Source: Lama glama
Taxonomy: Eukaryota
Reading direction: 5' to 3'
DNA: 64,000 bases
NCBI GenBank assembly: GCA_028534125.1
Contig: CM052841.1
Location: 67,518,001-67,582,000, forward strand
The position numbers were made by a program, and so were the translations under genes. Below, piece by piece: positions 46,848-57,900 of the stretch. Position 1 is the stretch's first letter; each line of letters opens with the position of its first letter. Under the pieces are notes generated by a model. The model searched no databases. It worked only from the letters and a program-made list of their open reading frames with translations, and was not told where the DNA came from.

Positions 46848-47347
46848 NNNNNNNNNNNNNNNNNNNNNNNNNNNNNNNNNNNNNNNNNNNNNNNNNNNNN
46901 NNNNNNNNNNNNNNNNNNNNNNNNNNNNNNNNNNNNNNNNNNNNNNNNNNNNNNNNNNNNNNNNNNNNNNNNNNNNNNNNNNNNNNNNNNNNNNNNNNNN
47001 NNNNNNNNNNNNNNNNNNNNNNNNNNNNNNNNNNNNNNNNNNNNNNNNNNNNNNNNNNNNNNNNNNNNNNNNNNNNNNNNNNNNNNNNNNNNNNNNNNNN
47101 NNNNNNNNNNNNNNNNNNNNNNNNNNNNNNNNNNNNNNNNNNNNNNNNNNNNNNNNNNNNNNNNNNNNNNNNNNNNNNNNNNNNNNNNNNNNNNNNNNNN
47201 NNNNNNNNNNNNNNNNNNNNNNNNNNNNNNNNNNNNNNNNNNNNNNNNNNNNNNNNNNNNNNNNNNNNNNNNNNNNNNNNNNNNNNNNNNNNNNNNNNNN
47301 NNNNNNNNNNNNNNNNNNNNNNNNNNNNNNNNNNNNNNNNNNNNNNN
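46848..47347. other. Assembly gap (500 N)
   Basis: Run of N between an L1 fragment and a (CATC)n tract. Confidence 0.99.
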
Positions 47348-47650
47348 TCCTTCCTTTCGTTCACCCTCCCATTAATCATCTCTATCCTTCTATCCTTTCT
47401 TCTATCTGTTCAATCATCCATCCACCTTTCCATCCATCCATTCATCTGTCTGTCTATCCATCCTCCCACCCATCCATCCTTCTCCATCCACCCATCCTTC
47501 TCCATCCATCCATCCATTCTTCTCCATCCATCCATCCATCTTTCTCCATGCATCCATCCATCCATCTATTCATTTGTCCGTCCATCCTTCCATCCATCTC
47601 TCTGTTCTTCCATTCTCTTCATCCCTGTGCCCATGTGTCCATCCTTCAGT
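47348..47650. repeat. Degenerate (CATC)n tract followed by an L2-like end
   Basis: TCCATCCATCCA runs, then TTTGCTGAGCATCTCATGTGG...GAGACATAGTGAAAACGAGAAGAC. Confidence 0.88.
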
Positions 47651-50600
47651 GAGGGTTTGCTGAGCATCTCATGTGGTACTTTGAAGAGACATAGTGAAAA
47701 CGAGAAGACTGTGTCTCCAGGACGCTTTCTCGGTTGACGTTCAGATCAGTCTGTGTGGGAAGTAAGAGAGGTGCGGCATCCTCTGCTCTGTCACTCTCCC
47801 ACTCACCCAGCGCTTTGAGAGTCTCTCTAGTCTCTTGGCTCAGAGGCTGAGGATCTCCTCCCCCCAGGCCTTCCTGAGGTCCTGAACCTCCAGACGGAGC
47901 CGTTCCCCTCTGCCCTGCGGTGACCTCCCTCTGCCTCCGTGCACTCTCCTCGTCACTCCCGGGAAGGAGGGTGAGCTCTGCAGCCGGGTGCCTGGTGGGA
48001 TCTCGGGGAGCTTCCTGCCTTCTCCTCCTCGTGTCGGGGAGGAGGGGGGACGCTGAGGCCAGACAGCTGTTTGTACCTCAGTAGGGCCTTGGGCGACTCA
48101 TCTAAAATCTCTCAGCCTGAGATTCCTCATCGACAGAGGAAGAAGTCTGCTTTGCGAGGTGTCTGGGTGAGTGTGGGGGGGTAGTCGGGCAGAGAGCCCA
48201 GGGTGTGTGGGCGCAGTGGGCGCCCTCCCCGAGGCTCGGTGCAGGTGAGCTGCCATTGCCACCCGCCAGCCGTGCCCCAGACTTGTGCAGCCCCCGCCCC
48301 GTCCCGGGGCTGCCTCCTTGCAGGGTGTCCCTTCCTTTTCATAGACAGTGACGGTTCCGTATGGAGCCCACTTTGCCCAGGGCCACAGGGCTCCCGAGGG
48401 GGTTTGGAATCAGCCACGTCCGCTACGCCTGAACCCTGGAGCTCTGCATTGCCCCTGGGGTGCAGGGGTTGGGTGGGCAGCTGGTCTGGGAGACGGAGGC
48501 TTACGTGAGACAGTGCCGCCTCCTTTGGTAAAAATCTCTGCGGAAGCTGCATTGCTGGGTCCTCAGCCCTTCTTCAGAAACGGGAAAATGGGCCAGAGGC
48601 GAGTGACAGCAGTGTCACCGAGCACCGCGGGCCCGACCTGGGCTCACTGTGGCCATTCCTTGTCCCCAGGAAGCATTGAGACTGACAGGAGGTCAGGGTG
48701 GTGCAGAGGCAGGCGGGGTTCGGGCAGAGGCCGGGGGCTCCTCCCGAGCAGGCGCCTCAGGCTCGTCCCTGCATCCAGCCTTTCAGCCCCAGCGCAGGGC
48801 GGGCGCGCTGCCTGGCACCCCCCCCCGGGGCGCTGTTCTCGGGGACCCTGTAACGCGGGGCATTGGTGAGGGGGTGTCCGGGGAGAGCCGGAACCCCTGG
48901 GCAGGACTGGGGTCGGAGAGCTGGGGTGAAGGGCGGCCTGGGTGTTGGGCAGAGGGGTCGGAAGCTCTCGGGGAGGGAGGCACCGATGAGAGTTCAGGGC
49001 AGTGGTTTTCGGAGGCACAGAAGCCTGTGAGCCTGAGGACTTGCCCTGAGGTCACCTGCACCCCGTGACAGCCCTGGGTGAGCAGCAGCGGGGAGGGTCC
49101 AGGGTGGGAGGAGGGCGGCACACATTTTCCACCCCGGCCCCAGCGCTTTGTTCCGAGGCTGGGTCACTGGAGAGGAATTTCAGTCGGAGCCTCCCAAGCG
49201 GCCTGTTTGTTTTGCAGCCTGCTGGGCTGCCCTCTGGGGGGGGGTCACGGGCTTCGTGCGTGTGCTTGGCGGGGAGGGCTGGTGCCAGGGTGGGAGGCCT
49301 CAGCCGGGGCCAGGGGAGCCTCCGTGCTCCCCGCCCCCCTCGCCGTCTGCCCCTTGCTCCCATGAGAGCCCTGCCTCTCTTCACTCCTGGAAGCGCGAGG
49401 TGGAAACCAGGAGAGGCAGTGGGAAGCGCAGGCGTGCTTCCAGGGGTCTGCGCCGTGCGCCCTGCAAGCACGGGGCAGATGTGCCATTTGGTGGCAGTGA
49501 CTGCGGGTGTCCACGGGGTGCCGGGGGTTCAGCAGGGACACTGCAGCCTGGGCCCCTGCCCTCCTGAGGTTCGCAGCCCAGGAAGGCAGACCCCTCTTAC
49601 CCAGGGAATTAGCTGTGTTTACACTTAGAGAAGGCTGACACAGCAGGGTGGGGAGGGTCGGGGGCTGCAGTTTAAGGGCCACCACTGGCCCGGTGTTGCG
49701 TCTGCTTTTGCTGAGGGGAAGGAAGCTCGGGACTGGGGTGGATCAGAAGCTGCGGGCAGCTCTGTACCAGGGCCGTGTGATCCTGGGTGGCCACCCCCTC
49801 CTCCCCGCGGCTCTGCTTTCCCAGTAAAGGCTGCCAGCCAGCTGTTACTAGCGACCCTCCTGGCTCCAACTCACGCAGTCGTGAGGCGTCCGAAGGCTTT
49901 GGGCTTGGTGGGTGTTGGGAGGGCACTTCCGGTTTCTCTTGAACCGAGGGTGTTGACCCTGGCGTGAGCCAAAACCTTCCCTCCGCTCCCCCCACTGCCG
50001 GCTCCCCGGAGCGCCCGTCCGCTCCCTCTGCTCCAGGCGCCCCCAGACCCTGGCGGGACTCGGCCCTGGGCTGGGCGTCGGAGGGCTCGGCGCGGCAACG
50101 CCGGGAGGCGGCCCTGGGGGGACGGAATCCCACGCCCAGGGCCGGGAGGCCTGCGGGGCCCCCGCAGGGGTCGGCGTTGTCCCTGCTGGGCGCTGGGGGC
50201 TCGGCCACCTGCCTTGCTTCACCCCGCGGTGCTGCCTGGAACCCGAGCGTGCTGTGCATGTGTCACGGGGCCCTCTGGACCAGCGACGGCAGGTGGGGGG
50301 CCGTCCAGGTGACCATGGGCGGGGCTCGGGGGCTGGAAGAAGAGGCCACCCCCGATGGGACTCCGTCACGAGTGGGATCCAAAGGCGCGTGGTGAGCAGG
50401 TGCTGGTGAAGCTCAGAGTCCTGCCGGGGCCCCTAGGGTGGGGGCAGTGAGCAGACACAGCCCGCGCAGGGCCGCCCTGGGCCCCGGGCGGGCTTCACCA
50501 ACAGCAAGTATTTAAGGACGTTTGTAGCTGGTTTGGTGAAAGGCAAAAACGGAAGTGGAATTCGAGCGAGAGTGGATGCCAGCCCAGAGCGCCTCGTGCA

Positions 50601-51907
50601 GGCCCTGACCCTCGGGTCCTCGGCCCCGTCCCTCCCCAGCAGGTGGAACGGCCGTGTGTCCCCTGCCTACAGCTGCTTAAGCCCGATGTGGTACCGTGAC
50701 CGTAGGGCAGGCGCCAAGGTGAGGTAGGAGTTGTGCTGTTGCCGTTGCCCACCTGCCCCTGCCACCTGGCGTGTGTGAGAGCTGTGGTTCCCTCACTCAG
50801 TCACTCAGCAAACGTGGCTGAGTGCCCGGCGTGTGCACAGCTCCCGCACCGCTGACGACCAAGCCCCGCCCGCACTGGCGGCGCAGCCCCGCGTCCTGCT
50901 GCTGCCTGGTGCCCCCGCGGGGACCTCGGGGCTCAGGCAGGTCTGTGGCTGGGTCACTTCTGTTCTGAAGGCCCCGCACCGGTCTCGGGGGGCTGGGAAG
51001 GGCTGGGGAGATGAGGCGCTGACGTCAGCACTTGGCGAGAGCGCCCTGGCGGCCTTGGTCAGCAGCATCCTGATTCCATTGCAGCTCAGGGTGGTGACCC
51101 CAGGCCCTCGCCCTGCTTCCCCTCCTCCATCCCCTCCTGAGAGCAGACATTGTCGGCAGAGGTGCTTCCTTCCGTGAGGGGCTCCAGCTGCCAAGCGGGG
51201 GCTGCTGAGTCAGAGATGGGCCCTCAAGCCTGGGGACGCTGGCACCCCACCCCCGGGGGCCCCTTCTTTGCTCTGAGCACCTCTGGAGCGGTGTTCCCAG
51301 GCCAGCTGACCGCCAATTTAAATTCCTGCTGAAAGCAATTGCCTAATTCCATCTGCCCTCCTAGGCGCTGGCTGCCCGCGCCAGCCCCCACATCTCTGCT
51401 GGTTCCGGGGAGGGGAGTGGGGCATTGGGCAGGCGCAGCGATGCTGCCCGGCCGTGTCCCCAAGCTGGAGCCTTCTCAGCAGGGCTGTGTGCTGGCTTCC
51501 CAGGCTCACTGGCACGGTTTTAGTCCTGCCATCTCTGGTTCCACACACGGGGTCACAGGGGCCCACTGTGGTCAAGTCCATGGCTGCCCTGGGCACGTGG
51601 CGCACTGCGGTCATTCTGGATGGCTACTTTGGCGTCTCGTGTCCTGCCGCTGTGAAGTGAGGGCCGACGGGACCCCGGCTGCTGGGGCGCTCCAGTATTG
51701 TTATCCTGTGTCCAGAGGAGCACAGAACAGCTGGCTTTCAGGGCTGGTTGTGGAAACGCCTTTTGCAGGAGGCAGGGAGGTCGTCCTCGTGGGGTTGGTG
51801 GGGGCGTTGCCATTGGCAGCTGAAATGTTTGACTACTTAGCTGGTCAGTTGTAAAATTTGTCTCTGGTGCATCTGCTTCTTGATATTCACCATTGATGTA
51901 GGTGTTA

Positions 51908-52015
51908 CTCATCTATCCATCCGTCTGTCTGTCCATCCAAACATCCATCCGTCCATCCGTCTATCCAGCCATCTGTGCATCCATCTGTCCCTCCGTTTGT
52001 CCATCCATCCATCCT
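51908..52015. repeat. Degenerate (CATC)n tract
   Basis: CATCTATCCATCCGTCTGTCTGTCCATCC... Confidence 0.85.
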
Positions 52016-54758
52016 GCCCTCCTATATCTGAGCTCCGCCTTTGTGCCTCTGCTGTCCAGGCTCCTCACGCTGCCATCTTGGCACATGGCACCTGGAACTC
52101 AACTTTGTGTTTCCAAATCCTTTCTCAGGTGCCTCCTTTCTGCCTTAGAACTGACCTCCCCTGAGTCCATTCCTTTACAGGCCTGGAGGTATAACACCTG
52201 GTCATCTGCCCGGTCCCAGGCAGGCTTGGTGCAGAAGCAGAAAGGGAGGGGGCTGCCGTAGGGGAAGGAGACTGAGTGCAGGAATTGGGGCCCACCGCCG
52301 CTGGCCGCGCTGGAGGGGTGGGGTCACCAGGAGTGGCCCCCGGCCCGGTCCCAGGCCCCGGCACGCAGGCGCAGACCCTGCAGGCCCCTCACGCTCCGGC
52401 TCCACTCTGCGTGTGGAGCGCGCCCTGCCGCCTGAGCCCTTCCCGCAGAGGGATCTGGGAAACGTGGTTTTCGGCTCCCCGGGCTCCACGGAGCAGGAAG
52501 GCCCTGCAAGAGCATGGGTGAGCCGTGGCCTGGTGCCCGCACTCCTGGGGGCTCTGCTCCCATCACTGGGGCAGCCCTGGTCACAGCCAGGTCACGGCCG
52601 TGGCTCTCAGGCACGAGGGTCCGCTGGTCGGTGCGCAGGCCACACGGGCAGTGCCTTGTCTGTTCTCCCTGACTCGGCGGACACGCGACGTTCCGGGGTG
52701 CTCTCCGCTCGCAGGGAGGAGCCGGGAGCGGGGCTCGTGTGTCGGGCTCTGGGTCCAGGCAACTGTGCTGGGTCCAGGCCTCGAGAGAGGACGTGACCTC
52801 GAGACCTCTGTAGTGGGGGGACGCAGGCTTCAGCCCCACCGCCGGGGCGGTCTCCCGGCGGAGTTCCTGGGACAGAGGAGCTGAGACCCCGATTCCTCCT
52901 GAGCCTGCGTCGAAGCAGGGCGGTGGGGGGCGCAGGCCTGGCAGCCCCGGGAGGAGCCCACGGAGGCTGTGCCGCCAGAGGCCTCTCGGGCCCTCGCCAC
53001 ACCTTCTGTAAAGCAAAACTGCTGTTTTTAGCTCCGGCGCAGGGAGCCCCTGGCCGGCGGGAGGGGTGGCGCTGGGCCTGGAAAGGTCAGTGGCCTTTCA
53101 GCTCGTTGCCACAGAGTGCCATGAACGTGGCCCGGAAGGCTTCTGGAGACCGGCCCTCCCGCCGGCGATGGGGAAAGCAGGCCTGCGTCTGGCGAGAGCA
53201 TCGCGGCGGCTGGGCGTGAGCCCCAGGCGCCCAGCCGGAGGCTCTGGTGCCTCCCCTGGCCCAGCTGGCTTCAGAGACGAAGCCCAAAGATGAGCCACAG
53301 CTCGGCTGCGTCCCCAGGGCAGGTGAGCCAGCAGCTGGCACGGCCGCCCCTTCCCACGGGCCGCGTCCAGGCCCTGGGCTGTGCCGGCATCTGTTTCTGG
53401 TGTCAAGTGGACAGGCACCAGCCAGGCCTGTGGGGGCCGGTAGGGGGGTCGCCAGTGCCCAGCGCTTCGGGGAGGACGCTGATGAGGGGTGCTGACCACC
53501 CTGTGTGGGGGCGGGGCTCTGGGTAGCAGCTTGGAACCTCTCGGGAAAAGTAGGCCACAAGGAGGCGGATGCCAGCCTGCACTGGGAGTGTCTTGGGTCC
53601 CCCCACGCCCCTCCCTCTGCGGGGGTGGGAAACCCTCACCTGCTATGTTCTGGCCCCTTGATTAAAGTGGCAGAGGTCTGCAGCAAAGCCAGGCTGTGGA
53701 AGTGACACGGCTGGAGGCGGGGCACCTCAGAGCTCTGGAATCTGGGTGACAGGGTGCCTTGCAGGAAACTGGACAGGGGACGTGCTTTGTGATGGAGTGA
53801 CAGGGCGCTCTGACTCCACGCTTGACCGACTTTCTCTGACTGGACTCCCAGGTCGTCCTGTTGGCAGTGACATGGCAGGACTCTGCACACGAGGCCGGCT
53901 GTGATTGAGGGCAGTGGGTGTGTGGCCCCCAAGCCTGTGTCGTCCTGGGCTGGAGGCCTGGGGTCTCCGCGATGAGGGGGTGTGCACAGTCCCGTGAAGG
54001 CCACCTTTGGCATTTGGAGGGGGAACGGTTGAGCTCCCCAGAATGTCTCCCCGTCCTCAGGGGCTGCTCCCCTTCTCTGGGGAGCCATGGATGGAGGTCA
54101 GGAACTTTCCAGAAGAGACGCAGGGGCTGCCCCTCCCTCGCTCTTGGTTCTGCCCCGTCTTGCCCTGTAGCTGTCTGTCTTCTGGGGGCAAGCGGAAGCT
54201 GGCTCTTCGTGTCAGCTGTGACGGGAGAATCACATTTAATCGGTGAGGATGAGACAGTGTGCCCGGTGGGGGCAGGTGCTCCGGCCGATACGTAGCAGGC
54301 CCCCAGAGCTGTCGGTCACTCTGCTCCTCAAGGCCACCCTGGGCAGGGCTGCTTCTTCCATCCGTGGGGGACCTCGCACCACCTTGCGGCTTGGGTTGAG
54401 GTGGGTTTTCTGTGACAATGACGAGAAGCGCTGTTGAGGAGCCCAGGGGCTGCGCGGCGCGTGCCAGCCGGGGCCACGGGAGGAGAGGACCGACTAAGTG
54501 TGAGCCGGAGGCGGGTGTGCCCGGGCGGCTGCTCGCAGGGACTGGGCCGGGACCCAGCTCTGCGGAGCTCGATGTGCATGTCCGCAAAGTGGGGCGTCCT
54601 GCCCCCTGCAGCCCTGGCTTCTGGGCTGGTCCCTCGGCGCCTGCTGAGGGTCAGAGGTTGTCGTGGTGCGGGCGGGGAGGGGTCTCCCAGTTCCCTTAGC
54701 CCTCGGCTGCGCCTCTCCTGCTCGTGGCTGACCCCCCACCTCCCCTCTGTCATTTCAG

Positions 54759-54926
54759 CTCAGCCAGCAGATCTCCTGAAGGTTCTAGATTTTCACAACT
54801 TGCCTGACGGCATAACCAAGACCACAGGCTTTTGTGCAACGCGGCGATCTTCCAAAGGCCCGGACGTGGCTTACAGAGTCACAAAGGACGCCCAGCTCAG
54901 CGCGCCCACCAAGCAGCTGTACCCTG
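54759..54926 (+). CDS. COL5A1: COL5A1 exon 2 (168 bp): [56 protein letters not shown]
   Basis: Acceptor ctctgtcatttcAG|CT and donor CCCTG|GTaaga. Phase 1-1. The peptide is the start of the mature alpha1(V) N-propeptide. Confidence 0.98.
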
Positions 54927-57900
54927 GTAAGAGGCGTGCGTGTGTGCCCGGCGGGGGTGCCACTCCCCCTTCCCGTCCGCAGCCAGGGAGCAGAGCGGGG
55001 CCTGTGTGGTGGGAGAAACATGCTTGGGTTTCCGGGAGGCCCTTCAGATGAGCCCGGTTTGATCCCCGTGCAGTGGACGCACAGCCCCAGCGGCCACCAC
55101 CCCCACCAGCAAAGTGGGAGTGGGGCCTCGTCTGTTCCCGCTGCTTCTCGGGCAGGTGTGTCTCCGGCTGGAGACGGGCTGCCGGGACTCCAGGTGCAGA
55201 AAGGCGATGCATGGGTCTCGGGTGACGAGGTGAAGAGAAAGCCCTGGTCACGGGGAAGGAAGCGCTTCCCGACAGACGCTAATTGGGGGCAAGGACATTA
55301 AGAGACACACGGATCGAACCTCAGGGCTCCCGGCGAGAGAGCGCAGGCTCTTAATGAGACTCAATTGCCAAGTGTCAGATCTCTGCCTTTAATTAAGTTC
55401 CCAGAGCGGGAAGCGGCGTTAGCAGCTAGGAGACAGCACCCGAGCCAGCCCCGTCTCCGGCCGAGGGGCCGTGTGCGACCCCCCCACCCCAAGGCTGCCC
55501 TGCGCTGCGTCGGTGGGCCCGTGGTTTGTGACTTCTCCCCCGCCTCGCACGAGCTCCCCTTTCTGGTCCAGGTCAGGAGGGGGCCGGGGACCTCGGGCAG
55601 GCGAGCTCACCTCGTCCTGTGATTACCGGAAGGCTGCGCGCCGCCTTTCTGGTGACCGGGTGTGCCCCCGACACTGAACCAGAACCGGGCAGTCCTTTGA
55701 CAAGTGCTGGTGTCTCTGTCTTCTCAAGCCCCCACTGGCCCCGAGGACACGCCCCTCAGGGGCTGCACCTTCTCTTCCCCTCGCCCCTTCACTCATAACT
55801 CGTGCTTCACCCCAGCGACTTTCTCAGCCTCCCTGTAAGTCCCTGGGGACTTTCGAGAGTTTGGGAAGAGAGGCTGAGTCTGCTGTTTGCAGGAATGTCA
55901 TGAGGGGTGGGTGCCGCCCCTCAGAGGTGCCGAGTCCCGGCTCCCCCTCTTAAAGAGCCCCCACCCCTGAGGGCCCGATGTTCTCCCACCAGACCACCTG
56001 CCTCATCACCGCAGGCGGGGGTCACTGCCCGGGCTCCTGGGTCCACTTGGCACAAAGAACCGCAGGGACTTCATTTCCCCAGCGTCCAGAGGAGCGTTTC
56101 TTGGCCTTCCTGGAGCAAACGTGTCTTTCAGAGTCACCCAGAAGTTGCCTGCTGTCCTGCCCCGCGTCCCCGGTTTAGAATTCCTGTCCTGGAGGGACTG
56201 AGGGCCGGGTGCAGGGAAGGCTCCTGGGAGCGACGGCCCAGGGCCTCGGTGGCGGTGTCCTCTGGCACGGACACCGCTGCATGGTGTGTGCGTGGTGTGG
56301 CCACCCTCTGAGGCCATCTGCGGGTACGGTGTCCCACCCCGGGGTCCGCTGGAGTCGGTTTGCTGACAGTTTCATCTGACCCCTGCCACCCGGTTCAGGG
56401 TCACGGCCACTTCACTGGCGTCGGAGTCCTTGAACCTGCCCCCTTGTGTTATCTCACGATGAGAGAACACCAGAGGGTCTCAGAATACAGGCCAGTTACC
56501 GGAGATCTAGCCTGAACCCCTGAAGCAGCCAGACCTCGCTTCTCCCTCAGCGCTCACGCCAGGAGCTGGATTAGACACTCAATGAGTTTAAAAGGTGTCG
56601 CAGGGCCTTCCGGCCATAACTAACTTACGGAGCACACGGGGTCTGTACCTCGCGCTCGCCTCATTAATGCCAAATAAAACTGGGGCTTGATTCCGGGTGA
56701 TTTTAGGGAGCTTCCGTGGGGTCCTTCCTGCAGGCCCAGTGCTGGGTCAGGGGCCCGTGACCGGACATCCCGCACGTCGTCAGTGTGGTGCGGCTCTGTG
56801 GCCCTCGGGCCTGATGGAGCGTGGCGGCCCCTCCGTCCTTTCTCTCGTGGGAGCCTCGGAGTGAGAACCCCCTGTCGTGCTTTTTGCCTGGAGGCCCACC
56901 TCCCGGGGACGGGTGGTGTCCGGCTGCGTTTTAGATGCCGTGTCCACTGGGCAGCTGCAGGGAAAGGGGCCGTGGGCCCAGGGGACCACAGCGAGGCCGG
57001 GGTCCCAGTGGCCTGAGTTAAGCATAACTGTTTTAAACGTCTCAGTGCAAACGGAGTCTCGACCCGGTGACTTCTCTCCATAAGGAGAGGGGCCCCAGCG
57101 TCTTCCAGCCTCTCTGAGGACGCAGGTGCCCCAGCCCTGCAGGCCGAGGGGGTCTGGGCCATAAGTCAGGGCTCGGCGCCCGAGGCTGAGGGCTTGGGAG
57201 CCTTTGTGGGGACCTGCCCCCTTCCCCAGCCCAGGCCAGGCGCCAGCTGCCCCCTAGTGCCTACCACGCCGGCCCCCCCAGCTCGCGGGGCTCCGGCTCT
57301 GTGTGGGTTGCCTGCAGTCTGGGCCGTGTCTTGGCTGGGAAATCGGGGTTCCTTGGGCTGGGAGCCTTCAGAGGCCTCGCCCCCCCATCCCAGCAAGTGA
57401 AGCGGGGCCGTCCGTTGTACTCTGTGCTTGCCATCCAGACGGAGACCACCTCCTCCCTGATTCATGTCTTCTGGTTTTAAGGTTTGATGCTGAGTTTTGG
57501 GTGTGAGCGCGGTGGTCCAGTGCTGCGGGCGCACAGGCGGCTCAGCTGTGTGCACCTGCTCTCCCCATTCTCGCTGTCGGGGGTTGTTCCAGGCTGCTGC
57601 CTGTGGCCCCCGCGCTGCACAGCGGGCCCTCGCTGGTCACCTGTTTTACGTGTTAATCCCAAACTCTTGCCCCTCCCCCATCCCGATTCTAAGAGGATTT
57701 TCCAGTCTTGCTTAGAGCCCGTGTCCGGGTTCTGAGGTCATTGGGACTGGGAGCTGGGTTCTGAGTCGCTGGCCTTTCCCGGGGGTTGGCGCCGGGCGGC
57801 CCGGCACCGTGAAGGCCAAGCTGGGAGGATGGAAGCAGAAGCCAGGCCCGTGATGCTTTGCGGGGAGTGGACGCCACCAACAAACCAGAGAGGATCTCAC

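Noticed and set aside
46666-47737. Long ORFs spanning N runs (also around 2020-2119 and 24207-24380)
   Set aside because: Artefacts of translating through assembly gaps.
54434-55051. 205-aa single-exon ORF (likewise 60468-60896 and 61892-62098)
   Set aside because: Only the parts bounded by splice sites match collagen V; the extensions are intronic read-through.
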